In this document: one piece after another, positions 9,556-19,406 of the stretch
How positions within the stretch are numbered: position 1 is the stretch's first letter
Layout: every line of letters begins with the position of its first letter
NCBI GenBank assembly: GCA_045541375.1
Contig: JAZQJB010000144.1
Coordinates: 87,493 to 151,492, forward strand
Source: Eubacteriales bacterium
Lineage (GTDB): Bacteria > Bacillota > Clostridia > Oscillospirales > CAG-272
DNA: 64,000 bases
Reading direction: 5' to 3'
Made by a program: the position numbers and the translations under genes
Notes under the pieces: generated by a model
The model's database searches: none
Told to the model about the DNA's origin: nothing
The model's input: the letters and a program-made list of their open reading frames with translations, nothing else

Positions 9556-9981
9556 ATGTCCATCAAAATGCGTTATCTTTATGCGTCGGGCAAAAAGAAA
9601 TTCGCCACCATCGGTGACATCGTTAAAGAAAAATTTGCTTTGACAAACAACAATGCGGTTGATGTAATTCCGCCTGCATATCCCTGTGATAAGGAAAGAC
9701 TTGTATTCATCGGCATCACCGTTAAGGACGAGCCTGAAAACAAGGTTAGACTTTTCTGCCAGCAGCTTGATAAGACTAAGTCTGCTTACGTTGCACTTAT
9801 TGTAGACGGCAACGAAAAAGGTGCGAATGCTATCAAGGAAATGCTTGCTTCCGCAGGAACCAACGTATTTCCTGAAGTTCTCTTTATTAAGGGCGGTCTG
9901 CCTTTCCTCGGTAATCTCAATGCTGATGAAAAGAAAGCTCTTGATGAGTGGCTTGACAGAGCTCGTGCATATATGGGCTAA
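9556..9981 (+). CDS. Hypothetical protein, possibly flavodoxin-like fold without the FMN phosphate loop
   Basis: 141-aa ORF with RBS GGAGG at 9 nt. It shows the alternating beta/alpha pattern of a flavodoxin-like domain, but the usual T/S-x-T-G-x-T loop reads ASGKKKF. The fold guess is weak. Confidence 0.5.
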   Translation: MSIKMRYLYASGKKKFATIGDIVKEKFALTNNNAVDVIPPAYPCDKERLVFIGITVKDEPENKVRLFCQQLDKTKSAYVALIVDGNEKGANAIKEMLASAGTNVFPEVLFIKGGLPFLGNLNADEKKALDEWLDRARAYMG

Positions 9982-9995
9982 TTCACAATTTGTTC

Positions 9996-10033
9996 ATAAA
10001 GCTCAACGCGAACGCGTTGAGCTTTATGTTTTT
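9996..10033. terminator. Intrinsic terminator between convergent genes
   Basis: 15-bp stem ATAAAGCTCAACGCG / CGCGTTGAGCTTTAT with loop AA, followed by GTTTTT on the plus strand. Confidence 0.8.
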
Positions 10034-10838
10034 ATCCATATTTCTTATTAACTATTACGCAACACGCAGTTACAGCGATTATAACCAACAGTGAAACTCC
10101 TGCAATAGCAATTATTGTTCCGCTTTCGATCTCTTGTTGCTGTTTGATTTCTGTTTTGAACGGTGCAAGAACGTCGATCTCGTATTCGCCGTCACGATTG
10201 GTAATTCTGACGTATTCTTTCTTGATGCAGTCGCTCGCCATATCGTTTCTGAAGGTTCCGTTATTCTTTCTGATCATATATTCAAGCCAAAAATCCTGAC
10301 TCGAATATGTATAGCCATCGCTTTCGGTCGTTGTATCGGTTATATATGTAACTTTTATGTTATATAGCTGCTGCATTGTGAATTCCATTTTAGTATCACC
10401 TTCGGCATCGATATATTCATCACTGAATAAATCATTGAGCTTTTGGTGTTCACCATAAATCGCATAATCTATAAAATCATAAATCACACAGAAAGAATCT
10501 CTGATATCGGAAGGAACATCATTCAAATTATCGTTTACAATTTCGATAGTGATTCCGTTTTGTGAATTTTCAAATCTCACATTACGATCGAGTTCGAGGT
10601 AATTCTCGTCTTTCATAATGTCATAATCGTAGTCCGCCTCATGGAATATTATCGTGTTCCCGACAATATTTTGCGGTTTATTGGCATTTTCAATTATAGC
10701 CATAATTGAAAAGCAAAGAACGGTGATACCGATAATTACGCAGAGAAATGTAATTATCAAACCTTGGGCTCTTCTCTTCTGATTTTTTGTTTTTACAGCA
10801 ACTTGGCTTGTTCTATATCCTGGATTTTGACTATTCAT
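10032..10838 (-). CDS. Hypothetical bitopic membrane protein (TM helix near each end)
   Basis: 268 aa. Hydrophobic helices LIITFLCVIIGITVLCFSIMAII near the N-terminus and IIAIAGVSLLVIIAVTACCVIV at the C-terminus. RBS GGAGG. Confidence 0.6.
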   Translation of the reverse strand: MNSQNPGYRTSQVAVKTKNQKRRAQGLIITFLCVIIGITVLCFSIMAIIENANKPQNIVGNTIIFHEADYDYDIMKDENYLELDRNVRFENSQNGITIEIVNDNLNDVPSDIRDSFCVIYDFIDYAIYGEHQKLNDLFSDEYIDAEGDTKMEFTMQQLYNIKVTYITDTTTESDGYTYSSQDFWLEYMIRKNNGTFRNDMASDCIKKEYVRITNRDGEYEIDVLAPFKTEIKQQQEIESGTIIAIAGVSLLVIIAVTACCVIVNKKYG

Positions 10839-10954
10839 ATAGGTATACCTCCGCTTTTTTACTATGTTATCATACTTTTATTATCAATTTAGATGAAAAT
10901 TCATTAATATTTGGTTAATCTTTAATATTAATTGACGTATTTTATTTTCAGCTA

Positions 10955-10983
10955 TTGAAATGAATCAAAAATTATGCTATAAT
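10955..10983 (+). promoter_or_regulatory. Sigma-A promoter of the apgM-lepB-rbgA-rnhB-yraN-thrC block
   Basis: TTGAAA, 17-nt spacer, TGC-TATAAT. Confidence 0.6.
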
Positions 10984-11019
10984 ATAATGAATATTTATTT
11001 CAAAAAAGGACTCGCAAAT

Positions 11020-12231
11020 ATGAAATATCTCGTATTAATTCCCGATGGAATGGCTGATGAGAAGGTCGCTTCGCTTGGAAACAAGTCACCTATGGAAGCA
11101 GCAAACAAACCTGTTATGGACAGACTTGCCGCAAGCTCTTTATATGGATTAGTTCAAAACGTACCTGAAGGTATGGTTCCTGAATCGGATACAGCTAATA
11201 TGGCAATACTTTCATTCAACCCTAAGGTTTATTCTAAAGGCAGATCTCCTCTTGAAGCAGTAAGTATGGGACTCAAGCTCGAAGGCGAGGATGTTGCCAT
11301 CAGAGCCAACACCGTATCCCTTTCCGATGACGAGAATTATGAAGACAGAATAATGCTTGACAACGCGGCGGATGAGATCACGACCGAAGAGGCGGCGATT
11401 TTAATCGATGCCGTTAACTCCGAACTCTCCGATAAGTTCAAGAAGCTTTATGTCGGTGTTTCTTACAGACATTGTCTTGTCTGGAAAGGCGCAAATGATA
11501 AATATAATTTCACTCGCCCACACGATATTATCGGCAAGAGGATTGGTGAATATATTCCCGCTGGCGCTGAAGGCAAGGAATACTTGGAATATATGAAAGA
11601 ATCCTGCCGTATTCTTGACAAGCATCCTCTTAACGAGGAAAGAAGGAAACGCGGAAGATTGCCCGCCAACTCCCTGTGGCTCTGGAGCCCCGGGAAGCCT
11701 CTCTCTCTTCCCTCCTTTAAGGAAAAGTTCGGTTTGACAGCAACTGCGATTTCTGCCGTTGACCTCATTAAGGGAATAGGTATTTGCGCTGATATGAATA
11801 CTGTCGACGTTGAAGGAGCAACCGGTACAGTCAACACTAATTATCAGGGCAAGGCAGATGCGACTATCGAAGCTTTCAAAAACGGAAGCGATCTTGTTTA
11901 CCTGCATTTCGAAGGTCCCGATGAGCACGGTCACAGGGGCGAGCCGGACGTAAAGACCAAGTCGATCGAATTGATCGATTCATTAGCGCTCTCTCCGATT
12001 CTTAATTATCTTGAAAATTGCGGCGAGGATTTCGGTGTTCTCATTCTTCCTGATCATCCCACTCCCGTAAGAATCAGAACACACTCAAACCAACCCGTTC
12101 CGTATATCATTTATTCTTCAAAGCACACTAATAACGGTGTTTCCAATTACAACGAAACCAGCTGTGCTTCGGGAAAATATATCGAGAACGGTTGGGAGCT
12201 TATGCAATATTTTATTGATTCATGTAATTGA
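11020..12231 (+). CDS. apgM: Cofactor-independent phosphoglycerate mutase, ApgM type
   Basis: The conserved N-terminus MKYLVLIPDGMADE begins at the ATG at 11020, with AAGGA upstream. The ORF-track start at 10960 adds 20 unsupported residues. Metal-site motifs PDEHGH and DHPTP are present. Confidence 0.85.
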   Translation: MKYLVLIPDGMADEKVASLGNKSPMEAANKPVMDRLAASSLYGLVQNVPEGMVPESDTANMAILSFNPKVYSKGRSPLEAVSMGLKLEGEDVAIRANTVSLSDDENYEDRIMLDNAADEITTEEAAILIDAVNSELSDKFKKLYVGVSYRHCLVWKGANDKYNFTRPHDIIGKRIGEYIPAGAEGKEYLEYMKESCRILDKHPLNEERRKRGRLPANSLWLWSPGKPLSLPSFKEKFGLTATAISAVDLIKGIGICADMNTVDVEGATGTVNTNYQGKADATIEAFKNGSDLVYLHFEGPDEHGHRGEPDVKTKSIELIDSLALSPILNYLENCGEDFGVLILPDHPTPVRIRTHSNQPVPYIIYSSKHTNNGVSNYNETSCASGKYIENGWELMQYFIDSCN

Positions 12232-12247
12232 TTTGAGGTGAATTATT

Positions 12248-12874
12248 GTGGATGAAATGAATAATACTTTCAATGATGTTGAGGAAAAGGCGAATAAAAA
12301 GCCCAAAACTACACTTTTGAAAGAAATATTTGACTACTTTGAATTATTTATCTTATCAGCATGCGCAGTGCTGTTACTGTTCAGCTTTGCAACAAGAATA
12401 TGCCGAGTTGACGGTCCTTCGATGCTCAATACACTTCATGATAGTGAAATGCTGTTGGTAACAGATATCTTCTACACTCCTTCGCGTGGAGATATTGTTG
12501 TATTTCACCAAACAGGAGATCAACCTTCTGATCTTAATGAACCTATCGTAAAAAGAGTAATCGCTACTGAGGGCGAATGGATCGACATAAAGACTGAAGG
12601 CGGGAAACTGTTGGTAACTGTCTACGATCCCGATTTTAAGAATCCTATTGTCTTGGATGAATTTTATGCACGCTACGATGACGGATTAGGATACTACAAA
12701 TACGATATTTATCCGATTCAGGTGCCGGAAGGATGTACGTTTGTTATGGGTGATAACAGAGGAAACTCACTTGACAGCCGTTCTCAGTCAATCGGTTTTG
12801 TTGACAACAGGCGTATTCTTGGTAAGGTCGTATGCCGACTACTGCCTTTTGATAAGTTTGGAACAATAGACTAA
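12248..12874 (+). CDS. lepB: Signal peptidase I
   Basis: Catalytic boxes GPSMLNTL, KRVIA and GDNRGNSLDSR, plus an N-terminal TM helix. GTG start with GAGGTGA 7 nt upstream. Confidence 0.9.
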   Translation: MDEMNNTFNDVEEKANKKPKTTLLKEIFDYFELFILSACAVLLLFSFATRICRVDGPSMLNTLHDSEMLLVTDIFYTPSRGDIVVFHQTGDQPSDLNEPIVKRVIATEGEWIDIKTEGGKLLVTVYDPDFKNPIVLDEFYARYDDGLGYYKYDIYPIQVPEGCTFVMGDNRGNSLDSRSQSIGFVDNRRILGKVVCRLLPFDKFGTID

Positions 12875-12897
12875 ATTATAGAAACGGAAAAATAATT

Positions 12898-13779
12898 ATG
12901 CCATCTCAGGTTATACAGTGGTTCCCGGGTCATATGGCCAAAACAAGGCGTATGATTTCGGAGAATCTGAAAAACGTTGATGCGGTGATCGAAATGAGGG
13001 ACGCAAGAATCCCAATCAGCTCAAAAAATCCCGAAATAGAAAAACTGACGCAAAACAAACCCCGACTTATTCTGCTTAACAAGGCGTCACTTGCTGATCC
13101 CGTAGAATCAAAAAAGTGGGTTGAACACTTCTCTACTTCAAATACAGCTTGTATTCTTACCGACTGTGCCGACGGTTCGGGCTTCAACGAGATAGCTCCG
13201 GCTCTCAACAGAATGTGCGCCGAGAAGCTTGCTGCATACGAGCGCAAAGGAATGCACGGTCGCCATATCCGCGTTATGGTATTGGGAATCCCCAATGTAG
13301 GCAAATCTTCTTTCATCAACAGACTTGCGGGCGGCAAGCGGGCAAAAGTCGAGGATCGTCCCGGCGTTACGAGAGATAAGCAGTGGGTACAGACCAAGAA
13401 TAATCTCGATCTGCTTGATATGCCCGGTGTTTTGTGGCCAAAGTTTGATGATAAAGTTGTTGGCGAAAATCTTGCTCTCACGGGAGCAGTCAAGGATGAT
13501 GTTATTGATACTGTTGAGCTTGCCGCTGTTCTTGTTAACAGATTGCGAGTTACTCATCCCGAATTGCTTTGCGCCCGGTATAAACTGACAAGCGAGGATA
13601 TCGCCGAAGACGTAACTGTTGGCGAGATATTTGATATTATCGGACAAAAGCGAGGTTTTCTGCTTCGAGGCGGTGAGATTAATTACGATCGTGCCGCTGC
13701 GGTTATTCTCGATGAATTCAGAGCGGCGAAGATTGGTAGAATCACGCTTGATCTTTGCCCAACCGAAAAGGAGGCTTGA
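12898..13779 (+). CDS. rbgA: Ribosome biogenesis GTPase A (YlqF)
   Basis: WFPGHMAKTRR and a circularly permuted GTPase (NKASL ... GIPNVGKSS ... DMPG). Confidence 0.92.
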   Translation: MPSQVIQWFPGHMAKTRRMISENLKNVDAVIEMRDARIPISSKNPEIEKLTQNKPRLILLNKASLADPVESKKWVEHFSTSNTACILTDCADGSGFNEIAPALNRMCAEKLAAYERKGMHGRHIRVMVLGIPNVGKSSFINRLAGGKRAKVEDRPGVTRDKQWVQTKNNLDLLDMPGVLWPKFDDKVVGENLALTGAVKDDVIDTVELAAVLVNRLRVTHPELLCARYKLTSEDIAEDVTVGEIFDIIGQKRGFLLRGGEINYDRAAAVILDEFRAAKIGRITLDLCPTEKEA

Positions 13780-13780
13780 A

Positions 13781-14389
13781 ATGCCTGATTTTTCGATTGA
13801 GAAAGCAAAGAACGAGCAAGGCTATCTTCACGTGTGCGGTATAGATGAGGCCGGCAGAGGGCCTCTGTGCGGTCCTGTGGTCGCTGCTGCGTGTATAATG
13901 CCGATAGATGTTGATATTCCCAAACTAAATGATTCCAAAAAGCTTTCTCCCAAGACAAGACTCGCTCTTTTCGACGAAATCAGAGAAAAGGCGATCGCAT
14001 ATTCTATCGGTTACGGAACTGTTGAAGAAATAGATCAGTATAACATTCTCGAGGCAACGCTCCTTGCTATGCGCCGAGCGGTGGAAGGACTTCAGATCAA
14101 ACCTGATTATCTGCTTGTTGACGGCAACATTTTCAGAGATTTTGATTTGCCCGGAGAACCGGTAATTAAGGGCGATGCAACATCATCATCAATAGCCGCT
14201 GCTTCGATTCTTGCAAAAGTTACGCGAGATCTGCTCTGTGACGAGCTTGATGCACTCTATCCCGAGTACGGTATCAAACAACACAAGGGATATGGCACGA
14301 AGGCACACATGGATGCTTTGAGAAAATACGGTCCCACACCGTGCCACCGAAAGCAGTTTATCAGATTTCTTGATAAGAAAACCTTATGA
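13781..14389 (+). CDS. rnhB: Ribonuclease HII
   Basis: GIDEAGRGPL motif. The start is set at the ATG at 13781, with GAGG upstream, just after the rbgA stop. The ORF-track start at 13619 lies inside rbgA. Confidence 0.92.
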   Translation: MPDFSIEKAKNEQGYLHVCGIDEAGRGPLCGPVVAAACIMPIDVDIPKLNDSKKLSPKTRLALFDEIREKAIAYSIGYGTVEEIDQYNILEATLLAMRRAVEGLQIKPDYLLVDGNIFRDFDLPGEPVIKGDATSSSIAAASILAKVTRDLLCDELDALYPEYGIKQHKGYGTKAHMDALRKYGPTPCHRKQFIRFLDKKTL

Positions 14390-14790
14390 GAAAGCTAAAC
14401 ACTAACCAACTTGGTGACATTGGAGCATTCGGCGAAGATGTTGCTGTCGATTATCTTGAAGCCGCTGGATACGAAATTATCGAAAGAAATGCCGTTTGCG
14501 GCGGTCATGAGATCGACATTATTGCGACTGATATGAAATACATTGTCTTTGTTGAGGTCAAAACGCGCACAAAGTATTACGGTAAATCTATTTACGGATC
14601 CGCTGCTTCCGCAGTTGACAAAAGAAAACAAATGCATATTATTTCCGCGGCAAGATCTTACCTGCAAGAAAAACGTTTAAGAAGAATCCCGCGCTTCGAT
14701 GTTATTGAAGTATATGTAGAAAAAACAGATAATTCCTTTAAAGTTGTAAACGTAAATCATTTGCCCCGAGCTTTTGCTTCGGGGAGATAA
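14386..14790 (+). CDS. yraN: YraN family endonuclease-like protein (UPF0102)
   Basis: 134 aa with an ATGA start/stop overlap with rnhB. Conserved E-x-D...FVEVK core. The rnhB-yraN neighbourhood is classical. Confidence 0.85.
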   Translation: MRKLNTNQLGDIGAFGEDVAVDYLEAAGYEIIERNAVCGGHEIDIIATDMKYIVFVEVKTRTKYYGKSIYGSAASAVDKRKQMHIISAARSYLQEKRLRRIPRFDVIEVYVEKTDNSFKVVNVNHLPRAFASGR

Positions 14791-14799
14791 GAGGTTAAA

Positions 14800-16284
14800 A
14801 TGAAATTTATCAGCACAAGAGATATAAAGGGCGATTCCCGTGTTTCCGCGGCTTTTGCTATCAAACAGGGTTTGGCACCCGACGGAGGACTCTACGTTCC
14901 CGAATACATACCGCAGATCGACGAAGCGTTCGTTACTTCCCTGCTTTCCAAAACTTATCCGGAAAAGGCGGCAGAGATACTTTCGCTTTTCCTTGACGAT
15001 TTCACAAAGGAAGAACTCCTTGAATACTCGCACGCCGCATATATAAACAACACTTTCCCCGAGTCGGTTGCGCCTTTGGCAGAAGTAACTGATAATCTAT
15101 CGGTTCTCGAGCTTTGGCACGGTCCCACAGCAGCGTTTAAAGACTTTGCACTGTCAATTATGCCCCGTTTGCTTACAGCTTCCCTGAGAAAGCTCGGTGA
15201 GTCACGCACGGCTCTTATTCTCGTTGCTACATCAGGTGATACCGGCAAGGCTGCTCTTGAAGGCTACCGCGACGTTGACGGTATAAAGATCAAGGTATTC
15301 TATCCCGTTGACGGTGTAAGTAAGGTGCAGAAGCTCCAGATGGCAACACAGACGGGTAATAACGTTGATGTCTGCGCTATCAGAGGTAACTTTGATGATG
15401 CACAGACCGGCGTTAAGAAAATTTTTTCCGACAAAGAGATTGCAGAAGAGCTGAACGCAAAGGGTTACTTCCTTTCAAGTGCAAACTCCATCAACTGGGG
15501 CAGATTGGCTCCTCAGATCGTTTATTATTTCTCTGCTTATTGCGATCTTTTGACCAATAATAAGATCAAATACGGTGACGTCGTTGATTATTGTGTTCCT
15601 ACCGGAAACTTCGGTAATATTCTTGCCGGATTTATTGCAAAGAAGATGGGACTTCCCGTAGGTAAGCTTATCTGCGCTTCTAATACCAACAATATCCTTA
15701 CCGATTTCCTGAGCACCGGTGTGTATGACAGAAACCGTAAGTTCCACACTACGATCTCTCCTTCGATGGACATCCTTATTTCGAGCAACCTTGAGCGTCT
15801 TCTCTATTTCGTTGCGGGAAGCGGAGTTGTAGTTAACTGCATGAAGTCGCTTTCGGACACCGGTTCTTACTCGATCGCAGAGGATATTTTGGCTCGAATT
15901 AATTCCGATTTCTGCGGTTACTACGCTGACGAAACAGCAACCACAGAAACGATTGGCAACGTATATGAGAATCACGGCTATCTTTGCGATCCCCACACTG
16001 CCGTAGGTATGCATTGCGCTGACCTTTATATGGACAGCCATAATTTCAACAACCTCGTCGTACTTTCAACTGCAAGCCCCTATAAGTTTGCTTCAAGCGT
16101 TTATAATGCATTGACGAAATGTAAAGCACCCGAGGGATACGAAGCTCTCACAGCTCTTTCCGATCTTACTTCCACTCCCATTTCTACTCCTCTTGCAGGA
16201 CTTGACAAACGCACCGTTCGTTTCGAGCGTGTTTGCGATCCCGAGCAGATGGCAGAGGATATGTTTGATCATCTCAATGATTAA
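14800..16284 (+). CDS. thrC: Threonine synthase (long form)
   Basis: 494 aa with the PLP-lysine motif TAAFKDFAL. Confidence 0.9.
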   Translation: MKFISTRDIKGDSRVSAAFAIKQGLAPDGGLYVPEYIPQIDEAFVTSLLSKTYPEKAAEILSLFLDDFTKEELLEYSHAAYINNTFPESVAPLAEVTDNLSVLELWHGPTAAFKDFALSIMPRLLTASLRKLGESRTALILVATSGDTGKAALEGYRDVDGIKIKVFYPVDGVSKVQKLQMATQTGNNVDVCAIRGNFDDAQTGVKKIFSDKEIAEELNAKGYFLSSANSINWGRLAPQIVYYFSAYCDLLTNNKIKYGDVVDYCVPTGNFGNILAGFIAKKMGLPVGKLICASNTNNILTDFLSTGVYDRNRKFHTTISPSMDILISSNLERLLYFVAGSGVVVNCMKSLSDTGSYSIAEDILARINSDFCGYYADETATTETIGNVYENHGYLCDPHTAVGMHCADLYMDSHNFNNLVVLSTASPYKFASSVYNALTKCKAPEGYEALTALSDLTSTPISTPLAGLDKRTVRFERVCDPEQMAEDMFDHLND

Positions 16285-16288
16285 TAAA

Positions 16289-16308
16289 GGGTTGCATTTC
16301 TGCAACCC
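16289..16308. terminator. Hairpin between the convergent thrC and DUF1540 genes
   Basis: GGGTTGCA-TTTC-TGCAACCC. A T-rich tract follows only on the minus strand (TTTATTAA). Confidence 0.6.
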
Positions 16309-16316
16309 AAAAGGAA

Positions 16317-16520
16317 TTATTCGCAGCGAGGCTTAAAGGTCGTGCAAGCAGTATCGGTACTTGTATCAGCCTTGGAGGGACCTACCAAGATCTGCTTTGC
16401 CGTGCAATGAGTTTCGCAATCGTGATATTGGCAGTTCTTTACGTCGCAAACAATGCCTTCAATGTGCTTCTGCACTTTACCGGAAGAGCAACATCCGTTC
16501 TTATATTCGTCCATAATCAA
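16317..16520 (-). CDS. DUF1540 domain small Cys-rich protein
   Basis: 67 aa with the motif CDVKNCQYHDCETHC. RBS AAAGGAGA. Confidence 0.75.
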   Translation of the reverse strand: MIMDEYKNGCCSSGKVQKHIEGIVCDVKNCQYHDCETHCTAKQILVGPSKADTSTDTACTTFKPRCE

Positions 16521-16593
16521 GATCTCCTTTCATGGAACTGCATTTAGTATTTCCGTACAGAAACGAGATTATTCAAGCAAAAGGAGAAAGAAA

Positions 16594-17313
16594 ATGGCTT
16601 TATTTACGATAGCTGACCTGCATTTGCCGGGTAAAGAAGGAAAAAATAAATCCATGGAAATCTTCGGAAGCAGATGGATAGGCGGCGTTGAAAAGTTGAT
16701 ATATAATTGGAACGCGATCGTAAAACCCGAGGACACGGTAGTTCTCCCCGGTGATATTTCCTGGGCGATGATGCTTGAAGATGCAAAAGAGGATTTTGCT
16801 CTTATGCACTCTTTGCCAGGAACAAAGCTCATCGGAAAAGGAAATCATGATTTTTGGTGGACAACGGCATCGAAGATGTATCGTTTCTTTGATGAAAATA
16901 AATTCGACACATTGAAAATTCTATATAACAATTCATTTGTTGTTGAGAACACTGTTGTCTGCGGTTCAAGAGGATGGTTTTCTGAGGAATCAAATCAAAA
17001 AACAGTCGGAGACGTTGATTGGATGAAAATCGTGGATCGTGAAACAATGCGACTCAAAATGAGCCTTGAATCGGTTGATCCGCAGCACTCGGATTTGCAA
17101 AAGAAGGTCTTTCTGCACTTCCCTCCCGTTTGGAATTCATCCGTCTGTGAAGGCATTATACAGCTGATGCACCAGCATAGCGTTACCGAATGTTACTACG
17201 GTCACATACACGGATATTATTCTTCTGATGCCAATTTTGTCTATGACGGTATATCATTCAAACTGATTTCAGCCGACTATCTTTCGTTTTGCCCGCTGAA
17301 AATTTTAGAATAA
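16594..17313 (+). CDS. Metallophosphoesterase (calcineurin-like)
   Basis: Motifs DLHL, GDIS, GNHD and GHIH. Start set at the ATG at 16594 (MALFTIADLHL) with RBS AAGGAG. The ORF-track start at 16453 overlaps the DUF1540 gene. Confidence 0.85.
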   Translation: MALFTIADLHLPGKEGKNKSMEIFGSRWIGGVEKLIYNWNAIVKPEDTVVLPGDISWAMMLEDAKEDFALMHSLPGTKLIGKGNHDFWWTTASKMYRFFDENKFDTLKILYNNSFVVENTVVCGSRGWFSEESNQKTVGDVDWMKIVDRETMRLKMSLESVDPQHSDLQKKVFLHFPPVWNSSVCEGIIQLMHQHSVTECYYGHIHGYYSSDANFVYDGISFKLISADYLSFCPLKILE

Positions 17314-17357
17314 ATGTAAATATTTTATGGTCATATTTGATATTTTTATTAAATCAC

Positions 17358-17385
17358 TTGACATATAATGAAAAATGAGTAAAAT
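17358..17385 (+). promoter_or_regulatory. Sigma-A promoter for tig-clpP-clpX
   Basis: TTGACA (17358-17363), 16-nt spacer, TAAAAT (17380-17385). Confidence 0.5.
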
Positions 17386-17421
17386 ATATAAGAATGTATT
17401 CATTTCGAAAGGAATATAAAA

Positions 17422-18747
17422 ATGACTATCAGAAAAACAGAAATCAACGAAAAATCTCAGGCAGTTGTCGAGTTCTCTTTTGACGCAGCTGCAATCGAAG
17501 CAGAAAAGGCTAAGGTTTTTCGCAAGAAGGCTAACTCCTTCAACGTTCCCGGCTTCAGACGCGGCAAGGCTCCCCGCTCTGTAATCGAAAAGATGTACGG
17601 CACCGGCATCTTCCTTGAGGATGCTATCAACGAGCTTATCAACGCTAACTGGGAAGAGATCATCAACGCTCCCGGCAAGACTATCGTTTCCAGCCCTGAA
17701 TTTGATATCGTTTCTATCGAAGACGAAGTTGTTATGACCGCAGTTATGTCTGTTAAGCCCGAAATCGAGCTCGCAGATTATGCAGGTATCGAGGTTGAGG
17801 CAGTTCTCGCTCCCGTAACCGACGAAGAGGTTGACGGCGAGATCGAGACCGTAAGACGCAGAAACGCTCGCGAGACCGAAGTTACCGACCGTGCAGCTGC
17901 AATGGGTGACATCGCAGTTATCGATTACGAAGGCTTCGTTGACGGCGTTGCATTTGACGGCGGCAAGGACAGCGGACACAAGCTTACTCTCGGTTCCGGT
18001 CAGTTTATTCCCGGCTTTGAAGAGGGTGTTGTAGGTCACAACGCAGGCGAAGAGTTCGACGTTAACGTAACCTTCCCCACCGAGTACCACGCAGCAGAAC
18101 TTGCAGGCAAGGAAGCTGTATTCAAGGTTAAGCTCAACTCCATCATTTTCGAGGAGCTCCCCGAGCTCGACGACGATTTTGCAGTAGAAGTTTCCAGCTT
18201 TGATACTTTTGCTGAATACCGCGCTGATGTTGCGGCTAAAATAGAAAAGCGTCATCAGACCAACGCTGACCGCGAGGTTGAGGAAAAGCTTCAGAACGCA
18301 CTTGCAGAAAAGGTTACCGCTGTAATTCCCGATGCTATGATCGACCGCGAGGTTGAGGCTATGGTTCGCGACGGCGAGTCCAGAATGCAGATGCAGGGTC
18401 TCGATTTCAAGACCTATCTCCAGTACTTCGGCATGGATCTTGACGGTTACAAAGCACAGGTTCGTCCCGCTGCTGAAACCAGAGTTAAGACCGAGCTCGC
18501 TCTCGAGAAGATCGCAGAGCTTGAGAAGATCGAGATCTCCGAGGAGGATATCGAGGCTGAATACAAGCAGATCTCTACCGACTACAACGTAGAGCTTGAT
18601 TACGCAAAGAGCGCTCTTCCTGCAGAGGAGATCGTTCACACTCTCACAATGCGTCGCGCTATCGATGCAGTTAAGGACACCGCAAAGGTTACTTATCTCG
18701 ACAAGGCTCCCGAGGAGCCCGCAGAAGAGGCTGCAGACGCTGAATAA
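17422..18747 (+). CDS. tig: Trigger factor
   Basis: 441 aa containing GFRRGKAPR and an FKBP-type PPIase core (DYEGFVDGVAFDGG). Strong expression-type codon bias. Confidence 0.95.
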   Translation: MTIRKTEINEKSQAVVEFSFDAAAIEAEKAKVFRKKANSFNVPGFRRGKAPRSVIEKMYGTGIFLEDAINELINANWEEIINAPGKTIVSSPEFDIVSIEDEVVMTAVMSVKPEIELADYAGIEVEAVLAPVTDEEVDGEIETVRRRNARETEVTDRAAAMGDIAVIDYEGFVDGVAFDGGKDSGHKLTLGSGQFIPGFEEGVVGHNAGEEFDVNVTFPTEYHAAELAGKEAVFKVKLNSIIFEELPELDDDFAVEVSSFDTFAEYRADVAAKIEKRHQTNADREVEEKLQNALAEKVTAVIPDAMIDREVEAMVRDGESRMQMQGLDFKTYLQYFGMDLDGYKAQVRPAAETRVKTELALEKIAELEKIEISEEDIEAEYKQISTDYNVELDYAKSALPAEEIVHTLTMRRAIDAVKDTAKVTYLDKAPEEPAEEAADAE

Positions 18748-18772
18748 TTAACCAATACGGAGGTATCTTTAT

Positions 18773-19387
18773 ATGGAAAACACAAGCAAAGATATTATGC
18801 GCGGAGCTCTCGTGCCCATGGTCATCGAACAGAGTAGCCGAGGCGAACGCTCTTTTGATATCTTTTCCAGACTTCTCAACGACAGAATCATCTTCTTGTC
18901 CGATGAAGTAAATGATACAACCGCATCTCTCGTTATAGCACAAATGCTTTATCTTGAATCGGTAGACCCCGATAAAGATATTTCCTTCTACATTAACAGC
19001 CCCGGCGGTTCCGTAACCGCCGGTATGGCTATTTATGACACCATGCAGTTCGTCAAGTGCGATGTTTCGACCATCTGCCTTGGTATGGCTGCAAGTATGG
19101 GCGCATTTTTGCTTGCGGCAGGTGCAAAGGGCAAGCGCATTGCTCTCCCCCACAGCGAGATCATGATCCATCAGCCTCTCGGCGGAAGCAAGGGTCAGGT
19201 TTCAGACGTTCTTATTCATACCGAGCTTCTTCTCCGCACACGTCAGACTCTCAATGAGCTTCTTGCAGCTAACACAGGCAAGACAGTTGAGGAGATCGCT
19301 CGCGATACAGAACGTGATAACTTTATGACAGCAAAGCAGGCTCTTGAATACGGTCTTATCGATAAGATCATTGAGCGCCACATTTGA
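18773..19387 (+). CDS. clpP: ATP-dependent Clp protease proteolytic subunit
   Basis: Active-site region [11 protein letters not shown] plus the His/Asp context. RBS GGAGG. Confidence 0.96.
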   Translation: MENTSKDIMRGALVPMVIEQSSRGERSFDIFSRLLNDRIIFLSDEVNDTTASLVIAQMLYLESVDPDKDISFYINSPGGSVTAGMAIYDTMQFVKCDVSTICLGMAASMGAFLLAAGAKGKRIALPHSEIMIHQPLGGSKGQVSDVLIHTELLLRTRQTLNELLAANTGKTVEEIARDTERDNFMTAKQALEYGLIDKIIERHI

Positions 19388-19406
19388 GCTGAAAGGCATA
19401 ATTAAT

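Noticed and set aside
13619-13780. N-terminal extensions offered by the ORF track (also 10960, 16453, 19344, 21985-22182, 25246-25284, 37771-37794, 39614-39691, 42844-42861, 47963-48109, 50539-50565, 52106-52117)
   Set aside because: The extensions overlap upstream genes or leaders, lack an RBS, and precede well-conserved N-termini that have good RBSs. I re-set these starts accordingly.
17305-18639. 444-aa ORF antisense to the whole of tig
   Set aside because: It is a low-complexity Leu/Val/Asn/Asp/Ser-rich translation with no RBS. It mirrors a highly expressed gene whose codon bias avoids TTA, CTA and TCA, and therefore avoids antisense stop codons. This is a classic shadow ORF.
17422-18747. 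Locally higher GC3/codon bias in tig, tsf, rpsB and frr as a sign of horizontal transfer
   Set aside because: These are all highly expressed translation or chaperone genes in conserved synteny. The bias is linked to expression, not to foreign origin.
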